NCBI GenBank assembly: GCA_965205215.1
Contig: OZ242041.1
Span: 1,792,001-1,856,000 of the forward strand
Length of the DNA stretch: 64,000 nt
Direction: 5' to 3'
Origin: Nitrosopumilus sp.
Lineage (GTDB): Archaea > Thermoproteota > Nitrososphaeria > Nitrososphaerales > Nitrosopumilaceae
Below the pieces are notes generated by a model. It saw nothing but the letters and a program-made list of their open reading frames with translations, made no database searches and was not told where the DNA came from. Shown piece after piece: positions 38,838 through 48,986 of this stretch. A program made the position numbers and the translations under genes. Positions within the stretch are counted from its first letter, which is position 1, and every line of letters starts with the position of its first letter.

Positions 38838-40318
38838 TTTATGGATTCGTCCTCCCCTTTCTTGCCGCGCACCACAAACTTTTGCGCCACCATGTCAAGC
38901 GATCCCACCAGCGCGTCGATCTCGGAGGTTGTAGTGTACAGGTAAAAGCTCGCCCTTGACGTGGCCGCCACGTCGAGCTTTTCCATCAGTACCTGCGCGC
39001 AGTGGTGCCCCGACCGGAGCGCCACGCCGGCCCCGTCTATGATATACGCGACGTCGTGTGGGTGCACCGACTGGAAGTTAAACGAGATGACGCCGCCGCG
39101 CCTAGAGGCGTCCTTTGGCCCGTATATCTTAAGGTCCGGTATGGCCGACAGTTTCTCTAGCGCGTACCGCGTGAGGAGCATCTCGTGGCTTCTAACGTTC
39201 TCCATCCCGATCCGTTCAAGGTAGTCTATTGCGGCGCCCAGCCCTATCACGTCGGCGATGTTGGGCGTGCCGGCCTCGAACTTGTACGGCAGGTCGTTCC
39301 ACGTGGACTCGTACTTGTGCACCTCGCGTATCATGTCGCCGCCCCCGTGGAACGGCACCATCTCGCCCAGCATTCTCTTGCTTGCCCAGAGTACGCCTAT
39401 GCCGGTGGGTCCCAGCATCTTGTGGCCGGAAAATGCAAAAAAGTCGCACCCGAGCGACTCAATGTCGACTGGCATGTGCGGCACGGCCTGGGCGCCGTCC
39501 ACCAGCGTGGGGACGCCGGCAGCCTTGCACTTTGATATGATTGCATCGGCGTCCGTGATGGTGCCAAGTACGTTTGACACCAGGCTGAACGCGACCAGCC
39601 TCACCCTTCCAGTCTCAAGCAGCCTGTCCAGATCGTCAAGGATCAGCTCGCCGTTGTCGTCAATACTGACATATTCCAGGACAGCCCCTCTCTCTTCGGC
39701 CACGAGCTGCCACGGCACGATGTTGCTGTGGTGCTCGTATTCCGTAGTGACTATGATGTCGCCGGGCTTTACGTGTCCCCTCCCCCACGCGTACGCCACC
39801 AAGTTGATTGCCTCAGTGGTGCCGCGGACGAATATTATCTCCTGCCGGTCCTTGATGTTTACGAACTTGGCCACCTTGTCCCGGGCCGCCTCGTAGGCCT
39901 CGGTGGCCTCCTCGGCAAGCGCGTATACGGCCCTGTGGGTGTTCGCGTTGTACGTCCTGTAATAGTCGGCTATCGCGTCTATCACCTGCGTGGGCTTCTG
40001 CGTGGTGGCTGCATTGTCCAAGTATACCAAGGGCTTGCCGTCCCTGACAGTCCTGGCAAGTATCGGAAAGTCCCCTCGAAGATCCTCAAAGTTTACAGCA
40101 GGCTGCGCAGGGGGTTTTGTTTGCGAAGGGGGCTGTGTCTGTGGCTGCCGAGCATCATGCGGCGGCTGTTGCTGCTGAGGTTTTTGCTGCGGAGTTTGCG
40201 GCTGTGGTTGCTTTTGCGCATGCTGGAATCGCCGGCGCTGTCGATTCCGGCGGCGCGCCTTTTTGTTGTGCTGCTGCTGCTGTTGTTGGGATGATTGTTC
40301 ATTCTGAGTCGGGTCCAT
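38834..40318 (-). CDS. sufS: SufS cysteine desulfurase with Gln-rich N-terminal extension
   Basis: VYLDNAATTQKP, EHHSNIVPW, SGHKMLGPTG, FEAGTP, HPHDV, RSGHHCA. Confidence 0.95.
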   Translation of the reverse strand: MDPTQNEQSSQQQQQQHNKKARRRNRQRRRFQHAQKQPQPQTPQQKPQQQQPPHDARQPQTQPPSQTKPPAQPAVNFEDLRGDFPILARTVRDGKPLVYLDNAATTQKPTQVIDAIADYYRTYNANTHRAVYALAEEATEAYEAARDKVAKFVNIKDRQEIIFVRGTTEAINLVAYAWGRGHVKPGDIIVTTEYEHHSNIVPWQLVAEERGAVLEYVSIDDNGELILDDLDRLLETGRVRLVAFSLVSNVLGTITDADAIISKCKAAGVPTLVDGAQAVPHMPVDIESLGCDFFAFSGHKMLGPTGIGVLWASKRMLGEMVPFHGGGDMIREVHKYESTWNDLPYKFEAGTPNIADVIGLGAAIDYLERIGMENVRSHEMLLTRYALEKLSAIPDLKIYGPKDASRRGGVISFNFQSVHPHDVAYIIDGAGVALRSGHHCAQVLMEKLDVAATSRASFYLYTTTSEIDALVGSLDMVAQKFVVRGKKGEDESIK

Positions 40319-40327
40319 GGCCGGTCA

Positions 40328-40687
40328 CTACGCCTCTACGTATATCTGTCCATCGTCCACTCTAACATTGTAGACCTGCACGGGCTTTTCGGCGGGGGGG
40401 TTCAGGGGACAGCCGGACTCCAAGTCAAACACAGAAAGATGCAGCGGGCAGCGCACCCCGTCGGGCCCCAGAAAACCCGTCGACAGGTCCGCGTCTTCGT
40501 GAGTGCACATCAGGTCAGTTGCGCGTATCGCCCCGCCCTGGTTTGCGACCAGCATCCTGCGGCCGCCCTCATGATCCTCAAATCTTTGCAGCGTCCCGTC
40601 TGCAACGTCGGAAAGCTGGCACACGCGGAGCCATCTTTTGCTGCCGGCGCCGCTGTCGCCGGCGCCGTCACCTGCGGCAGCGTCCAT
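40328..40687 (-). CDS. Rieske-type [2Fe-2S] ferredoxin
   Basis: CTHE and CPLH.SVFD; start uncertain (ATG 40687 or TTG 40735). Confidence 0.88.
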   Translation of the reverse strand: MDAAAGDGAGDSGAGSKRWLRVCQLSDVADGTLQRFEDHEGGRRMLVANQGGAIRATDLMCTHEDADLSTGFLGPDGVRCPLHLSVFDLESGCPLNPPAEKPVQVYNVRVDDGQIYVEA

Positions 40688-40709
40688 GGCGCCGTTCCCG
40701 TCGCCGCCA

Positions 40710-42149
40710 TCAGCGGTACTTGTAGTGTTGCTCAATCTCCGCATCCTCGTTGTATCTGGTCTCCTCGACCTCGACGAACTTTGCAAGCTCCTCATCCGTA
40801 TTGATGCCAAGCTCGCGGCCCTCCCATTTTGACTCGATCAGGTATGCAATCCAGGCCCTTACCTGATACGACATCTTCCTGGACAGCGGCTCCAGGAACC
40901 CCTCGACGATGGTGCGCTCTGCCTCCTCCTTGCTGAGGCACCTCGACTGCAGGTAGAATATCTGCTCTTCGTCGATCTGGGCGACTGACGCCGAATGCGT
41001 GGCCTTGACGTCGTTTGTCAATATCTCCAGCCCGGGTATGGCGTCGGACTTGGCGTCGGGATCAAGCAGGATTGACCTGCCTGACAGAAACGAGTTTGAC
41101 TTTGTCGCGTTCTCCCTTATGCGTATCATGCCCTTGAACAGTGACTTGGACTTGTCGCGCAGGATGGACTTTTCGACAACCCTGCCCTCGGTCGCGGGGC
41201 TCTCGTGGTTCACCTCGGTCTGGATGTCAAAGGACTGGTCCGCGTTGCCGAACACCACCTCCGAGTCGTTCGTAGACGCCCCGCTGCCGCGCAAAAAGTA
41301 GTCTATGCGGTACCTGCTCAGCTGGGCCCCGAAGAGTCCCGAATACCAGTTCACTTGGGCGTCCTGCGATAGGTCGGTAAGCCGGGTCGAGAAGTTGACG
41401 GCAGACTGGTCGAGCATCTGGAGTGTCGTCACGTCAAGGCGCGAGTTGGCGCCCACCGTCGTGTTGAGCATCTCCAGATATGACGGCTGCAGGGCCACGG
41501 GGGACGCAGAGCCGTCGCCGGGCCTTGGAGAGTACATCTCCTGTACGATGGTGGCCTTCGCCGAGTCCCCCATTGCAATGACGTTGCGTGATATTACAGA
41601 AGAGCCGTCTTGGGGCAGGCAGACCAGCGCGTATATGGGCCTGTCAATCTGGACCCCGTCGGGAACGTGTATGAATATCCCAGAGTTAAAGGCCGCATTG
41701 TTCAGCGCGGTGAACTTGTCACCCTCCGAGTCCGACGACTCGAGGGCGGCGCGTATGGCCGATTCGCTGTTGCCGTCGTTTAGCGCGTCATATATGGAGC
41801 TGACCACGACGCCCTTGGCCGCCGCGTCGTCAGGAACGTTGACGCGGGCAATGCGGGTGCCCACCTGTATGATCGACACCTCGTCCTTCAGTTCCTCAAT
41901 CCGGCGTCTCAAGAACGCGGGCTCGGCGTCTGATGCGGACATGCCAGGCGGCAGCAGTACCTGTGCGGGATCAAGCCTCCTGGCGTCGGTATACTTGTTG
42001 TACAATGGCGAGGTCTCAAGCGGCAGCCGGCCGTACGCCTCAAACGAGCTGCGCCTGTACTCTTGAAGCCACTGCGGATCGCGCCTCTGGGCGGATATCG
42101 CGTCTATATGTGACTTGTCAAGTTCGGACAGCTTTTGAAGTGTGGACAT
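40710..42149 (-). CDS. sufD: Fe-S assembly protein SufD
   Basis: DKFTALNNA, FKGMIRI, PGLEI..NDVKATHSA, FYLQSR. Confidence 0.92.
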   Translation of the reverse strand: MSTLQKLSELDKSHIDAISAQRRDPQWLQEYRRSSFEAYGRLPLETSPLYNKYTDARRLDPAQVLLPPGMSASDAEPAFLRRRIEELKDEVSIIQVGTRIARVNVPDDAAAKGVVVSSIYDALNDGNSESAIRAALESSDSEGDKFTALNNAAFNSGIFIHVPDGVQIDRPIYALVCLPQDGSSVISRNVIAMGDSAKATIVQEMYSPRPGDGSASPVALQPSYLEMLNTTVGANSRLDVTTLQMLDQSAVNFSTRLTDLSQDAQVNWYSGLFGAQLSRYRIDYFLRGSGASTNDSEVVFGNADQSFDIQTEVNHESPATEGRVVEKSILRDKSKSLFKGMIRIRENATKSNSFLSGRSILLDPDAKSDAIPGLEILTNDVKATHSASVAQIDEEQIFYLQSRCLSKEEAERTIVEGFLEPLSRKMSYQVRAWIAYLIESKWEGRELGINTDEELAKFVEVEETRYNEDAEIEQHYKYR

Positions 42150-42186
42150 TGCATATCAACTCACAGGCAACGGGCAGGCACGACGG

Positions 42187-43587
42187 TCACCCCACGGAGT
42201 CGTCCATCTCGAGCTTTATCAGCCGGTTCAGCTCCACCGCATACTCCATCGGAAGCTCCTTTGTGAACGGCTCCATGAACCCGTTTACTATCAGCGACAG
42301 GGCCTCCTCCTCCGTAAAGCCCCTGCTCATCAGGTAGAATATCTGGTCGTCGCCGATCTTGCCCACGGTGGCCTCGTGCGTAATGGTGGCGTCCTCCTGG
42401 TTTATCTCCATGTACGGGTACGTGTCGGTCTTCGACGTGTCATCAAGAAGCAGCGCGTCGCACCTTACGGTCGACTTTACGTTGGTCGCGCCCTTTGCCA
42501 CGTTGAGCAGCCCGCGGTACGTGGAGCGTCCGTCATGCCTGCTCACCGACTTGGAGGTGATCTTCGACTTGGTGTTTGGCGCCAGGTGCACCATCTTGGC
42601 GCCCGTGTCCTGGTGCTGTCCCTTGCCTGCAAAGGCGATTGACAGAGTCTCGCCGTAGGCGCGCTGTCCCATCAGGTACACGCCGGGGTACTTCATCGTG
42701 AGGCGGCTTCCTATGTTGCCGTCAATCCATTCCACCGTGGCCCCTTCGTACGCGTAGGCCCGTTTTGTCACCAGGTTGTACACGTCGTTGCTCCAGTTCT
42801 GGATTGTGGTATACCGCAGGTGGGCGTCCTTGTGGGCCACCAGTTCCACCACCGCAGAGTGCAGCGACTCGGACGAGTATACGGGGGCCGTGCACCCCTC
42901 TATGTAGTGGACGTCTGCGCCCTCGTCTACGATGATCAGGGTGCGCTCAAACTGCCCGATATTCTCCGCGTTTATCCTAAAGTATGCCTGGAGTGGCATG
43001 TCGACCTTTACGCCCGGCGGCACGTAGATGAACGAGCCGCCGCTCCAGACTGCGCTGTTGAGTGCCGCAAACTTGTTGTCCTCGGGCGGTATGACCTTGC
43101 CAAAGTACTTGCGGAATATCTCGGGCTGCTCCTTTAGCGCAGAGTCCGTGTCAAGGAACATCACGCCCTGCTTTTGCAGGTCCTCCCTGAGGTTGTGGTA
43201 TACGACCTCGGACTCGTACTGGGCCCCGACGCCGGCCAGGAACTTCTTCTCGGCCTCTGGAATCCCGAGCTTGTCAAATGTGTTCTTCACGTCGGCCGGA
43301 ACGTCGTCCCAGCTCTTCTCGGTCTTTTCTGACGCCTTTGCATAATAGTAGATGTTCTGAAAGTCTATCGTACTCAGGTCGCCGCCCCACGTGGGCATGG
43401 GTTTCTTCATAAACGTCTCAAACGATCTCAGTCTAAAGTCGAGCATCCACTGCGGCTCGTCCTTCATCTTGCTGATTCCAATTACCGTCTCCTTTGTGAG
43501 CCCCTTTTTGCTCAGGTGGACGTACATTTCAGTAGAGTCCTTAAAGTCATACTTTGAATAATCCATCTCAAGGTTCTCAGTTGCCAT
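42187..43587 (-). CDS. sufB: Fe-S assembly protein SufB
   Basis: [53 protein letters not shown]. Confidence 0.96.
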   Translation of the reverse strand: MATENLEMDYSKYDFKDSTEMYVHLSKKGLTKETVIGISKMKDEPQWMLDFRLRSFETFMKKPMPTWGGDLSTIDFQNIYYYAKASEKTEKSWDDVPADVKNTFDKLGIPEAEKKFLAGVGAQYESEVVYHNLREDLQKQGVMFLDTDSALKEQPEIFRKYFGKVIPPEDNKFAALNSAVWSGGSFIYVPPGVKVDMPLQAYFRINAENIGQFERTLIIVDEGADVHYIEGCTAPVYSSESLHSAVVELVAHKDAHLRYTTIQNWSNDVYNLVTKRAYAYEGATVEWIDGNIGSRLTMKYPGVYLMGQRAYGETLSIAFAGKGQHQDTGAKMVHLAPNTKSKITSKSVSRHDGRSTYRGLLNVAKGATNVKSTVRCDALLLDDTSKTDTYPYMEINQEDATITHEATVGKIGDDQIFYLMSRGFTEEEALSLIVNGFMEPFTKELPMEYAVELNRLIKLEMDDSVG

Positions 43588-43630
43588 CACACACGACATA
43601 ACGTCGTTATTATAAATAGATGTGGGAAAA

Positions 43631-43657
43631 TAGGCAGAGCTAAATAGGCGCAGCTAA
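43631..43657. promoter_or_regulatory. Tandem direct repeat TAGGC-N4-CTAA upstream of sufB
   Basis: TAGGCAGAGCTAA (43631-43643) and TAGGCGCAGCTAA (43645-43657), upstream of the sufB TATA box (about 43607-43616). Confidence 0.55.
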
Positions 43658-43671
43658 AGGAAACAAGAGGG

Positions 43672-44499
43672 TCAGAACAGGCCCGCAAACGAGAGCAGCG
43701 CGACGCAGCCCATTATGATTGCAAACCACCAAAAGCTGACCCTGCCCGCTATACCCACAAGTACGCGCATGGACAGGTACCCGAACGCGAACGAGAGCGC
43801 AAGCCCCACCAGCAGTTCGGCGGGTTCGGCATCAGGGAGGCCGTACACGAGCAGGAGTCCCGCCTGGGCCGCCAGTACGGCGGGAATGCCCATCAGGAAG
43901 GAGAGGCGCAAGGCCTCGGGCGCCGAGTATCCGCGCAGCAGGAGCGCAGAGACCGTGACGCCGGACCGGGACAGCCCGGGCAGGGCGGAGAACGCCTGAA
44001 CCACCCCAAGAAGTACGGTGTCGCGCAAGTTGAGCGACGCGGCGGACTTTAGGCCGGCTGCATATGCGGCAGGGCCCTGCCGCCTCTTGGTGGCATACAG
44101 GATTATCCCCGTCGCTATCAGCGCGATCCCGACCAGTCCGAGCAGAAATTCGCCGGACACGACGCCCGCATCCGCGGCAAGCGCAAACACGGAGAATCCG
44201 AGCGCCCCGCTCAGGAGCGTGGATACTATCAGGAACGTGATCATGCCGTCGGAGGGGTTGCCGTATCCGGGGCGGTAACCACCTGCGCTGCGGAGTATGC
44301 GCGCGATGTCCCGGCGCAGGTACAGGACGGCAGAGCCGGCCGTTCCAAGGTGCAGGAAAAACGACAGGTCCGCTGCGTCCTGGGGCGCGTACCCGAATAT
44401 ACCAGTCATTATAATGACGAGCTCGCCCGTGCTTGATATCGGGAGCCATTCAAGGACGCCCTGCAGCATGCCAAATATCGCCGACTCGGCAAGCGCCAT
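43672..44499 (-). CDS. uppP: Undecaprenyl-diphosphate phosphatase (BacA family)
   Basis: QGVLEWLPISSTG, LHLGT, QAFSALPGLSRSG, SFLMGIPA. Confidence 0.9.
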   Translation of the reverse strand: MALAESAIFGMLQGVLEWLPISSTGELVIIMTGIFGYAPQDAADLSFFLHLGTAGSAVLYLRRDIARILRSAGGYRPGYGNPSDGMITFLIVSTLLSGALGFSVFALAADAGVVSGEFLLGLVGIALIATGIILYATKRRQGPAAYAAGLKSAASLNLRDTVLLGVVQAFSALPGLSRSGVTVSALLLRGYSAPEALRLSFLMGIPAVLAAQAGLLLVYGLPDAEPAELLVGLALSFAFGYLSMRVLVGIAGRVSFWWFAIIMGCVALLSFAGLF

Positions 44500-44881
44500 G
44501 GACGTCAGGACATGCCGCGTCTATTAACTCTAGCAGGATGCAGGCAGAAGGGCGCGGGCCCGGCTTGTTTTGTGCGTCCGGCCAACCGCGGATTGCAGGG
44601 CGCGATATGTTGCACGCCTCCAAACCGTATCGGGATCCAAATCCGGCAATTCCGCCCGCACGCCGGTTCTTTCCCAGATTCCGGCATACGTACGAACCCA
44701 TGCCAGTCCGGATTTTGGCTTTGGCGGGCCGGGGTGTGACGTGCATACGCCTATGGGTGCATCCACCACCCACAGTTGCGTGTCAGAACGCGCGCAGGCG
44801 GCTGGCCTCCGAGAGTCCGGGCCCGGACGCGCTGCGCATGCCCCCAGGCCCTGCCGATGCCGTTTTGTGCCTGCAATATGA

Positions 44882-45292
44882 TCAGGGCGGGATGAGGCGG
44901 CCCATGTCGTTGAAGCCGCAGATGGAAACTGACGAGGCAATGTCGTCGATTGACGGGGAGTCCACGCTGTGGAACTTGACGGGTTTTTCGCCAAACGCAT
45001 CGTCATAGCAGTTCAGTTCCATGCGGTCACCCTCACTGATGTGTATCACAAGTGCCGCAGACTTGATTCCCCTCGTGTCGAAATAGCTTATTGTATCAAC
45101 GCCCCAAGAGCTGCTAAACGTCGCAGTCATACTTCCGGAATTATACGCCTCCCTAAAGGCCAGGACGTGCTCGTTTGAATCGTATCTTTGGTATACTTCG
45201 GGAATAACACTATGAACATACAGGTTGGCGAACACAAGATACACTACTATTCCCGCGGGTACGAGTAACGAAATTTTGACGTACTTGTTCAG
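44882..45292 (-). CDS. Small membrane-anchored hypothetical protein
   Basis: AT-richer ORF; the frame extends upstream of GTG 45244 to CTG 45292, giving (M)NKYVKISLLVPAGIVVYLVF. Confidence 0.5.
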   Translation of the reverse strand: MNKYVKISLLVPAGIVVYLVFANLYVHSVIPEVYQRYDSNEHVLAFREAYNSGSMTATFSSSWGVDTISYFDTRGIKSAALVIHISEGDRMELNCYDDAFGEKPVKFHSVDSPSIDDIASSVSICGFNDMGRLIPP

Positions 45293-45312
45293 GGAGAAAC
45301 TGGGACAGATCC

Positions 45313-45510
45313 TTATTTAACACATCTGATGCCAAAAAAGAATGTGATTCCGCTCAGCGCATACGAGAGGATCAGAAGCGCCAGAAGATCAGCTGGAGTG
45401 TTTTCATAGTAGCGATATACTTCCGCAGTAGAGGAGAGTCCGGAAAACAGCGATATTGCCCCTATTAGCAGGTAAACCAGTCCCAGGAACTTCTTTTTCG
45501 TGTCGTCCAT
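45313..45510 (-). CDS. Small two-TM membrane protein
   Basis: KKKF plus two hydrophobic helices; TTTATAT box about 25 nt upstream. Confidence 0.6.
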   Translation of the reverse strand: MDDTKKKFLGLVYLLIGAISLFSGLSSTAEVYRYYENTPADLLALLILSYALSGITFFFGIRCVK

Positions 45511-45836
45511 CCCATCCCGTTCCCGTATGCAGATATAAACAGCACCGACCGCGATGTCGGTGCCGCCGTAACTACGGCCGCCAGGGGATCGACAAACCTT
45601 GCCTTTTCAGATATCGGCGCCACCATTATCTCACGCTGTCGCCGGGGGAGTCCCATGGCGAACGGCGACGGGATTTTCATCCTTGTCCCCGCCCATGTAA
45701 AACGGCGCGTCATGGTCCCCGGACGCTTCAGGGACACACACCCCCAAGCATCCCCCGAACCTGCCCATATCCCATGCAGGGTCCGCCCTGCCGAACGATT
45801 TCACACGGGCACGAACGTCCGAATCATTTGTCGGCC

Positions 45837-46973
45837 TCAAGACGGTTCTGTCTTGGGACGCGTCGCGGAGGGCGCATCACCACTGTGCGCGCCCACAAGA
45901 TCCAGGTAGGTTTTGTGGCGGCGCTTTTGAATCGCGTCAAAGATTCCTGCGGCGCCGTCCCCAAGATTGGCATAGTTTGCAGTGACGTACTGCAGTGCAA
46001 TGTCGCAGTCGTGTATGGCGCCAGTCGATTCCTGGACCTGCCTTACGCTGTCCAAGACCCTCGACAGTGATGCATCATAGTCTTGGGCATCACCGACATT
46101 GCAGGTGTCACTGGCATGGGGGGCGACGACGACGACGCTGCAATACGTCCGGTACTGGGTCTCGTCTTCCAGCAGGTAGCGGAGCCTCTTTACCATCTTC
46201 CGCATGGCATGAAGCTCCTCAACCTTTGACTCGTCAGAGGTCACTGTTACAGAGATGCCACGCACGTCATCAAAGAGCGACCAGATCATGCGCCTGCGCT
46301 TGGACGCCATCTTGTGCCGGTCAATCTTGTCCACCGATCCAGACAGCGGCTTGAGCGCCGCTATTTTCCTGGCGCGAAAGAGCGAGTCCCCAAGGGCGCC
46401 CTCCCTGCCGCGGCAGAGTTTTACAACCGCCTCCGAATCGGCCGGAACGCCCAGCTTGATCAGCATGCCGGATATGACATCAGAGTCCCGCAGCGGGCCG
46501 GTCCTGCGGAACAGGTCCCTTGCAGCGGACACCAGCTTGCCGCAGCGCGCGGGCCTTTCTGACTTTGGCAGTGCGCCGTACGTGGACTCGAGCCGGCGTA
46601 TGGACGTGCGCAGGTCGTGCAGCTGCTCCTCGCCCGGACTGGACATGTATGCCTCAAGGCGCTTTGCAAAGAGATCGTAGCGCCTGCGCATTGCGTTGCG
46701 GTACGTCCTTGTGGTGCCAGCATCGTTGCCCGAGACGGGGTGCGGCCCGCCCTTTTTAGGCGGCTTTTTCCCGGAGCCCGCAGTATCCGCCACCGCGCCC
46801 GCAGCGTCAGGGACGGGTTCGCGCGCCGAGGCGGTCACGGAAGCGTCGGGGGCGGCGTCAGCGACAGTAGAGGTAGTGGCAGTGGCAGTATCGGCGTCGG
46901 CGGCGACAGCGGGGACGCCCTGCCCATGATCGTCATGTTCCCCGTGCGTGGTTTCGGGCCTTGTGTGAGCCAT
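45837..46973 (-). CDS. CHAD-domain polyphosphate-binding protein
   Basis: LHDLRTSIRRL, G.LRDSDV, LHAMRKMVKRLRY..E, Q.STGAIHDCD. Confidence 0.88.
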   Translation of the reverse strand: MAHTRPETTHGEHDDHGQGVPAVAADADTATATTSTVADAAPDASVTASAREPVPDAAGAVADTAGSGKKPPKKGGPHPVSGNDAGTTRTYRNAMRRRYDLFAKRLEAYMSSPGEEQLHDLRTSIRRLESTYGALPKSERPARCGKLVSAARDLFRRTGPLRDSDVISGMLIKLGVPADSEAVVKLCRGREGALGDSLFRARKIAALKPLSGSVDKIDRHKMASKRRRMIWSLFDDVRGISVTVTSDESKVEELHAMRKMVKRLRYLLEDETQYRTYCSVVVVAPHASDTCNVGDAQDYDASLSRVLDSVRQVQESTGAIHDCDIALQYVTANYANLGDGAAGIFDAIQKRRHKTYLDLVGAHSGDAPSATRPKTEPS

Positions 46974-46997
46974 GCGCCGCCATCACCGCCATTATCG

Positions 46998-47960
46998 TCA
47001 TGCCTTTGAGAGATACCGCAGGATCTGCTTCTTGAGCCCGGCGTTTATGACGTCCGTGGGGCGGTTTCCGTTTATGATGTTGAGGTCGTACTTTTGCTCC
47101 AGGATCCCAAACTCCCGGGCGAGCCTCTGCTGGTATTTTATGAAAGAGTCGTACATGTTCTTTGATATGCCCATGTCGGCTCCCGACTCGTAATAGTCCA
47201 GGCTCTGCCTCTTTGCAAAGACGCGGTGCACGAGTGCGTACGGGTCCACGTCAAGGTAAAAGGTCATGTCCGGCACGAGTGCAAAGCTGTACAGGTTGCT
47301 TGACCAGCTGCGCCTGATGCCGCGCACCGTGTTTCGCGCCATGAGCGTGTAGATGTATCGGTCTGCCAGTACCACATAGCCCGCCTGCAGCGCCGGTATG
47401 ATCTTGTGCTCCAGCTGGTCTGCAAAGTCGGCCGCATAAAACATTGCAAGCGTCCTCACCCCAAGCGAGATGTTGCGCTTGGCCTCCAGTATGCCCTGGC
47501 CGATTATCTCCGAGCGCGTGAGTCCCGTGTTTAGCACGGCGTATCCTTCTGCCTCTAGCTGCGTGGTGAGCAGCTCGATCTGGGTGCTTCTTCCGGACGC
47601 GTCGGGCCCCTCTATTACGATCAGGCGCCCCGCTATCTCGATGTCGCGCAGATAGTGCAGCCCGCCGAACTTTTTTGTTCCGTACCATTTGGGCCTGCGG
47701 GACTTCATGCCACCCATGTTACTGCTACTGCCGCCAGCGCCAGCTCCGCCGCCGGTACCGGTACCGGCGGCGCGACTGCCGCCGCCGTCCGCGGCGGCAC
47801 CCTCCACACCCGCAAGCCGGAGGTATATGTCAGAGTCATAGTACGCGTGGCTGTCAGAATACTCCTCTGTAGCGTCGCCGGCCGCGTCATTATTCTCAGA
47901 GTCCTCCCCGGCACCGCCATGCATGACGCGGCCATGTGCGGCGCGTGCCTCTGCGACCAC
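46998..47960 (-). CDS. Thymidylate-kinase-fold protein B (altered P-loop); candidate polyphosphate kinase subunit
   Basis: LIVIEGPDASGRSTQ, FYAADFADQLE, LADRYIYT, YYESGAD; low-complexity N-terminus. Confidence 0.8.
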   Translation of the reverse strand: MVAEARAAHGRVMHGGAGEDSENNDAAGDATEEYSDSHAYYDSDIYLRLAGVEGAAADGGGSRAAGTGTGGGAGAGGSSSNMGGMKSRRPKWYGTKKFGGLHYLRDIEIAGRLIVIEGPDASGRSTQIELLTTQLEAEGYAVLNTGLTRSEIIGQGILEAKRNISLGVRTLAMFYAADFADQLEHKIIPALQAGYVVLADRYIYTLMARNTVRGIRRSWSSNLYSFALVPDMTFYLDVDPYALVHRVFAKRQSLDYYESGADMGISKNMYDSFIKYQQRLAREFGILEQKYDLNIINGNRPTDVINAGLKKQILRYLSKA

Positions 47961-48000
47961 CGCCCCGGACGCGTCGCGTACGGATGCAAAGTCGCCCGCG

Positions 48001-48789
48001 TCAGACGTGCCCGGGCACCTCCAGAACGGTCTTCTTCTTGAGCTTCTTTGGAAGCAGCTTGCGCACCTTGGCCCGCATGATCATCTGCTGTTCGTGGATG
48101 GGCATCGTGGCGTCCATAACCACGAAGCTCTCGCGCTTGTGCATCGCCTCATACTGCTCTACGATGCGGTGCTGGAATATCCTAAAGCTCTCGTAGAGGT
48201 CCTTTGAGAGGTTCAGGTCGGCGCCGGCTTCATAAAACTTCAGCTTTGGCCTGCCGGACAATATGCGGTCCATCGCGGTGTCAAGCGGCACCCTAAAGTA
48301 GAATGCGATGTCGGGCTTTATGGCAAAGTCGTAGACCTTGCGGACCCACGCCGGGTCGCATCCCCGCGTCACGTCCCTGGCGTACGCGGTGTAGACGTAC
48401 CTGTCGGCCAGCACGAAGTAGCCGGCATGAAGCAACGGCAGTATGTGCCGCTCAAATCGATCGGCAAAGTCAGTCGCGTGAAGGAGGCTGAACGTGGTGG
48501 GTGTCAGGGCTTCCTTTTTCTTGCCCTTGGACGTTATGGAACGGACTATATCCGAAGAGTTCCACTCCGTGCGAAACACCTCAAACATGTTGTACCGCAG
48601 CCACTTTTCAAGCAACAACAGCTGGGTGGACTTGCCGGAGCCGTCTATCCCCTCGACTACGATAAGCTTGCCAGGGACGTCCCCCCTGCGCGGGCGGCGC
48701 CTCCCGGCTTCGGCCTTTTTGGCCCCCGCCTGTCCCGCGGCGCCGTAATCGCCGTCCGCGGCGCCAGTGCGCGAGGATGCAGCCATCAT
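48001..48789 (-). CDS. Thymidylate-kinase-fold protein A (intact P-loop); candidate polyphosphate kinase subunit
   Basis: LIVVEGIDGSGKSTQ, LHATDFADRFE, LADRYVYT, FYEAGAD. Confidence 0.82.
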   Translation of the reverse strand: MMAASSRTGAADGDYGAAGQAGAKKAEAGRRRPRRGDVPGKLIVVEGIDGSGKSTQLLLLEKWLRYNMFEVFRTEWNSSDIVRSITSKGKKKEALTPTTFSLLHATDFADRFERHILPLLHAGYFVLADRYVYTAYARDVTRGCDPAWVRKVYDFAIKPDIAFYFRVPLDTAMDRILSGRPKLKFYEAGADLNLSKDLYESFRIFQHRIVEQYEAMHKRESFVVMDATMPIHEQQMIMRAKVRKLLPKKLKKKTVLEVPGHV

Positions 48790-48986
48790 GCATGGTTTTT
48801 GCCCGCAAATAGACTATAAGTCTTGCAAATAATCCGCAGGGTTGCCCCGCGCGCCGGCGCAGCGGCGCGCCGCGGCGGGGTGGGCCCACTAGTGGACGGC
48901 GCAGGTGGCGTATGACGCGGGCAGTCCGGGCGGGGGCGCGGAGGGGCCAAGTGACGCCTGCAGTTGCACGGGTGGGCGCACGCGCG

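Noticed and set aside
46998-48789. Assigning the gene symbol tmk
   Set aside because: The fold matches, but the tandem pair, altered P-loop and ppx/CHAD context argue against a plain dTMP kinase.
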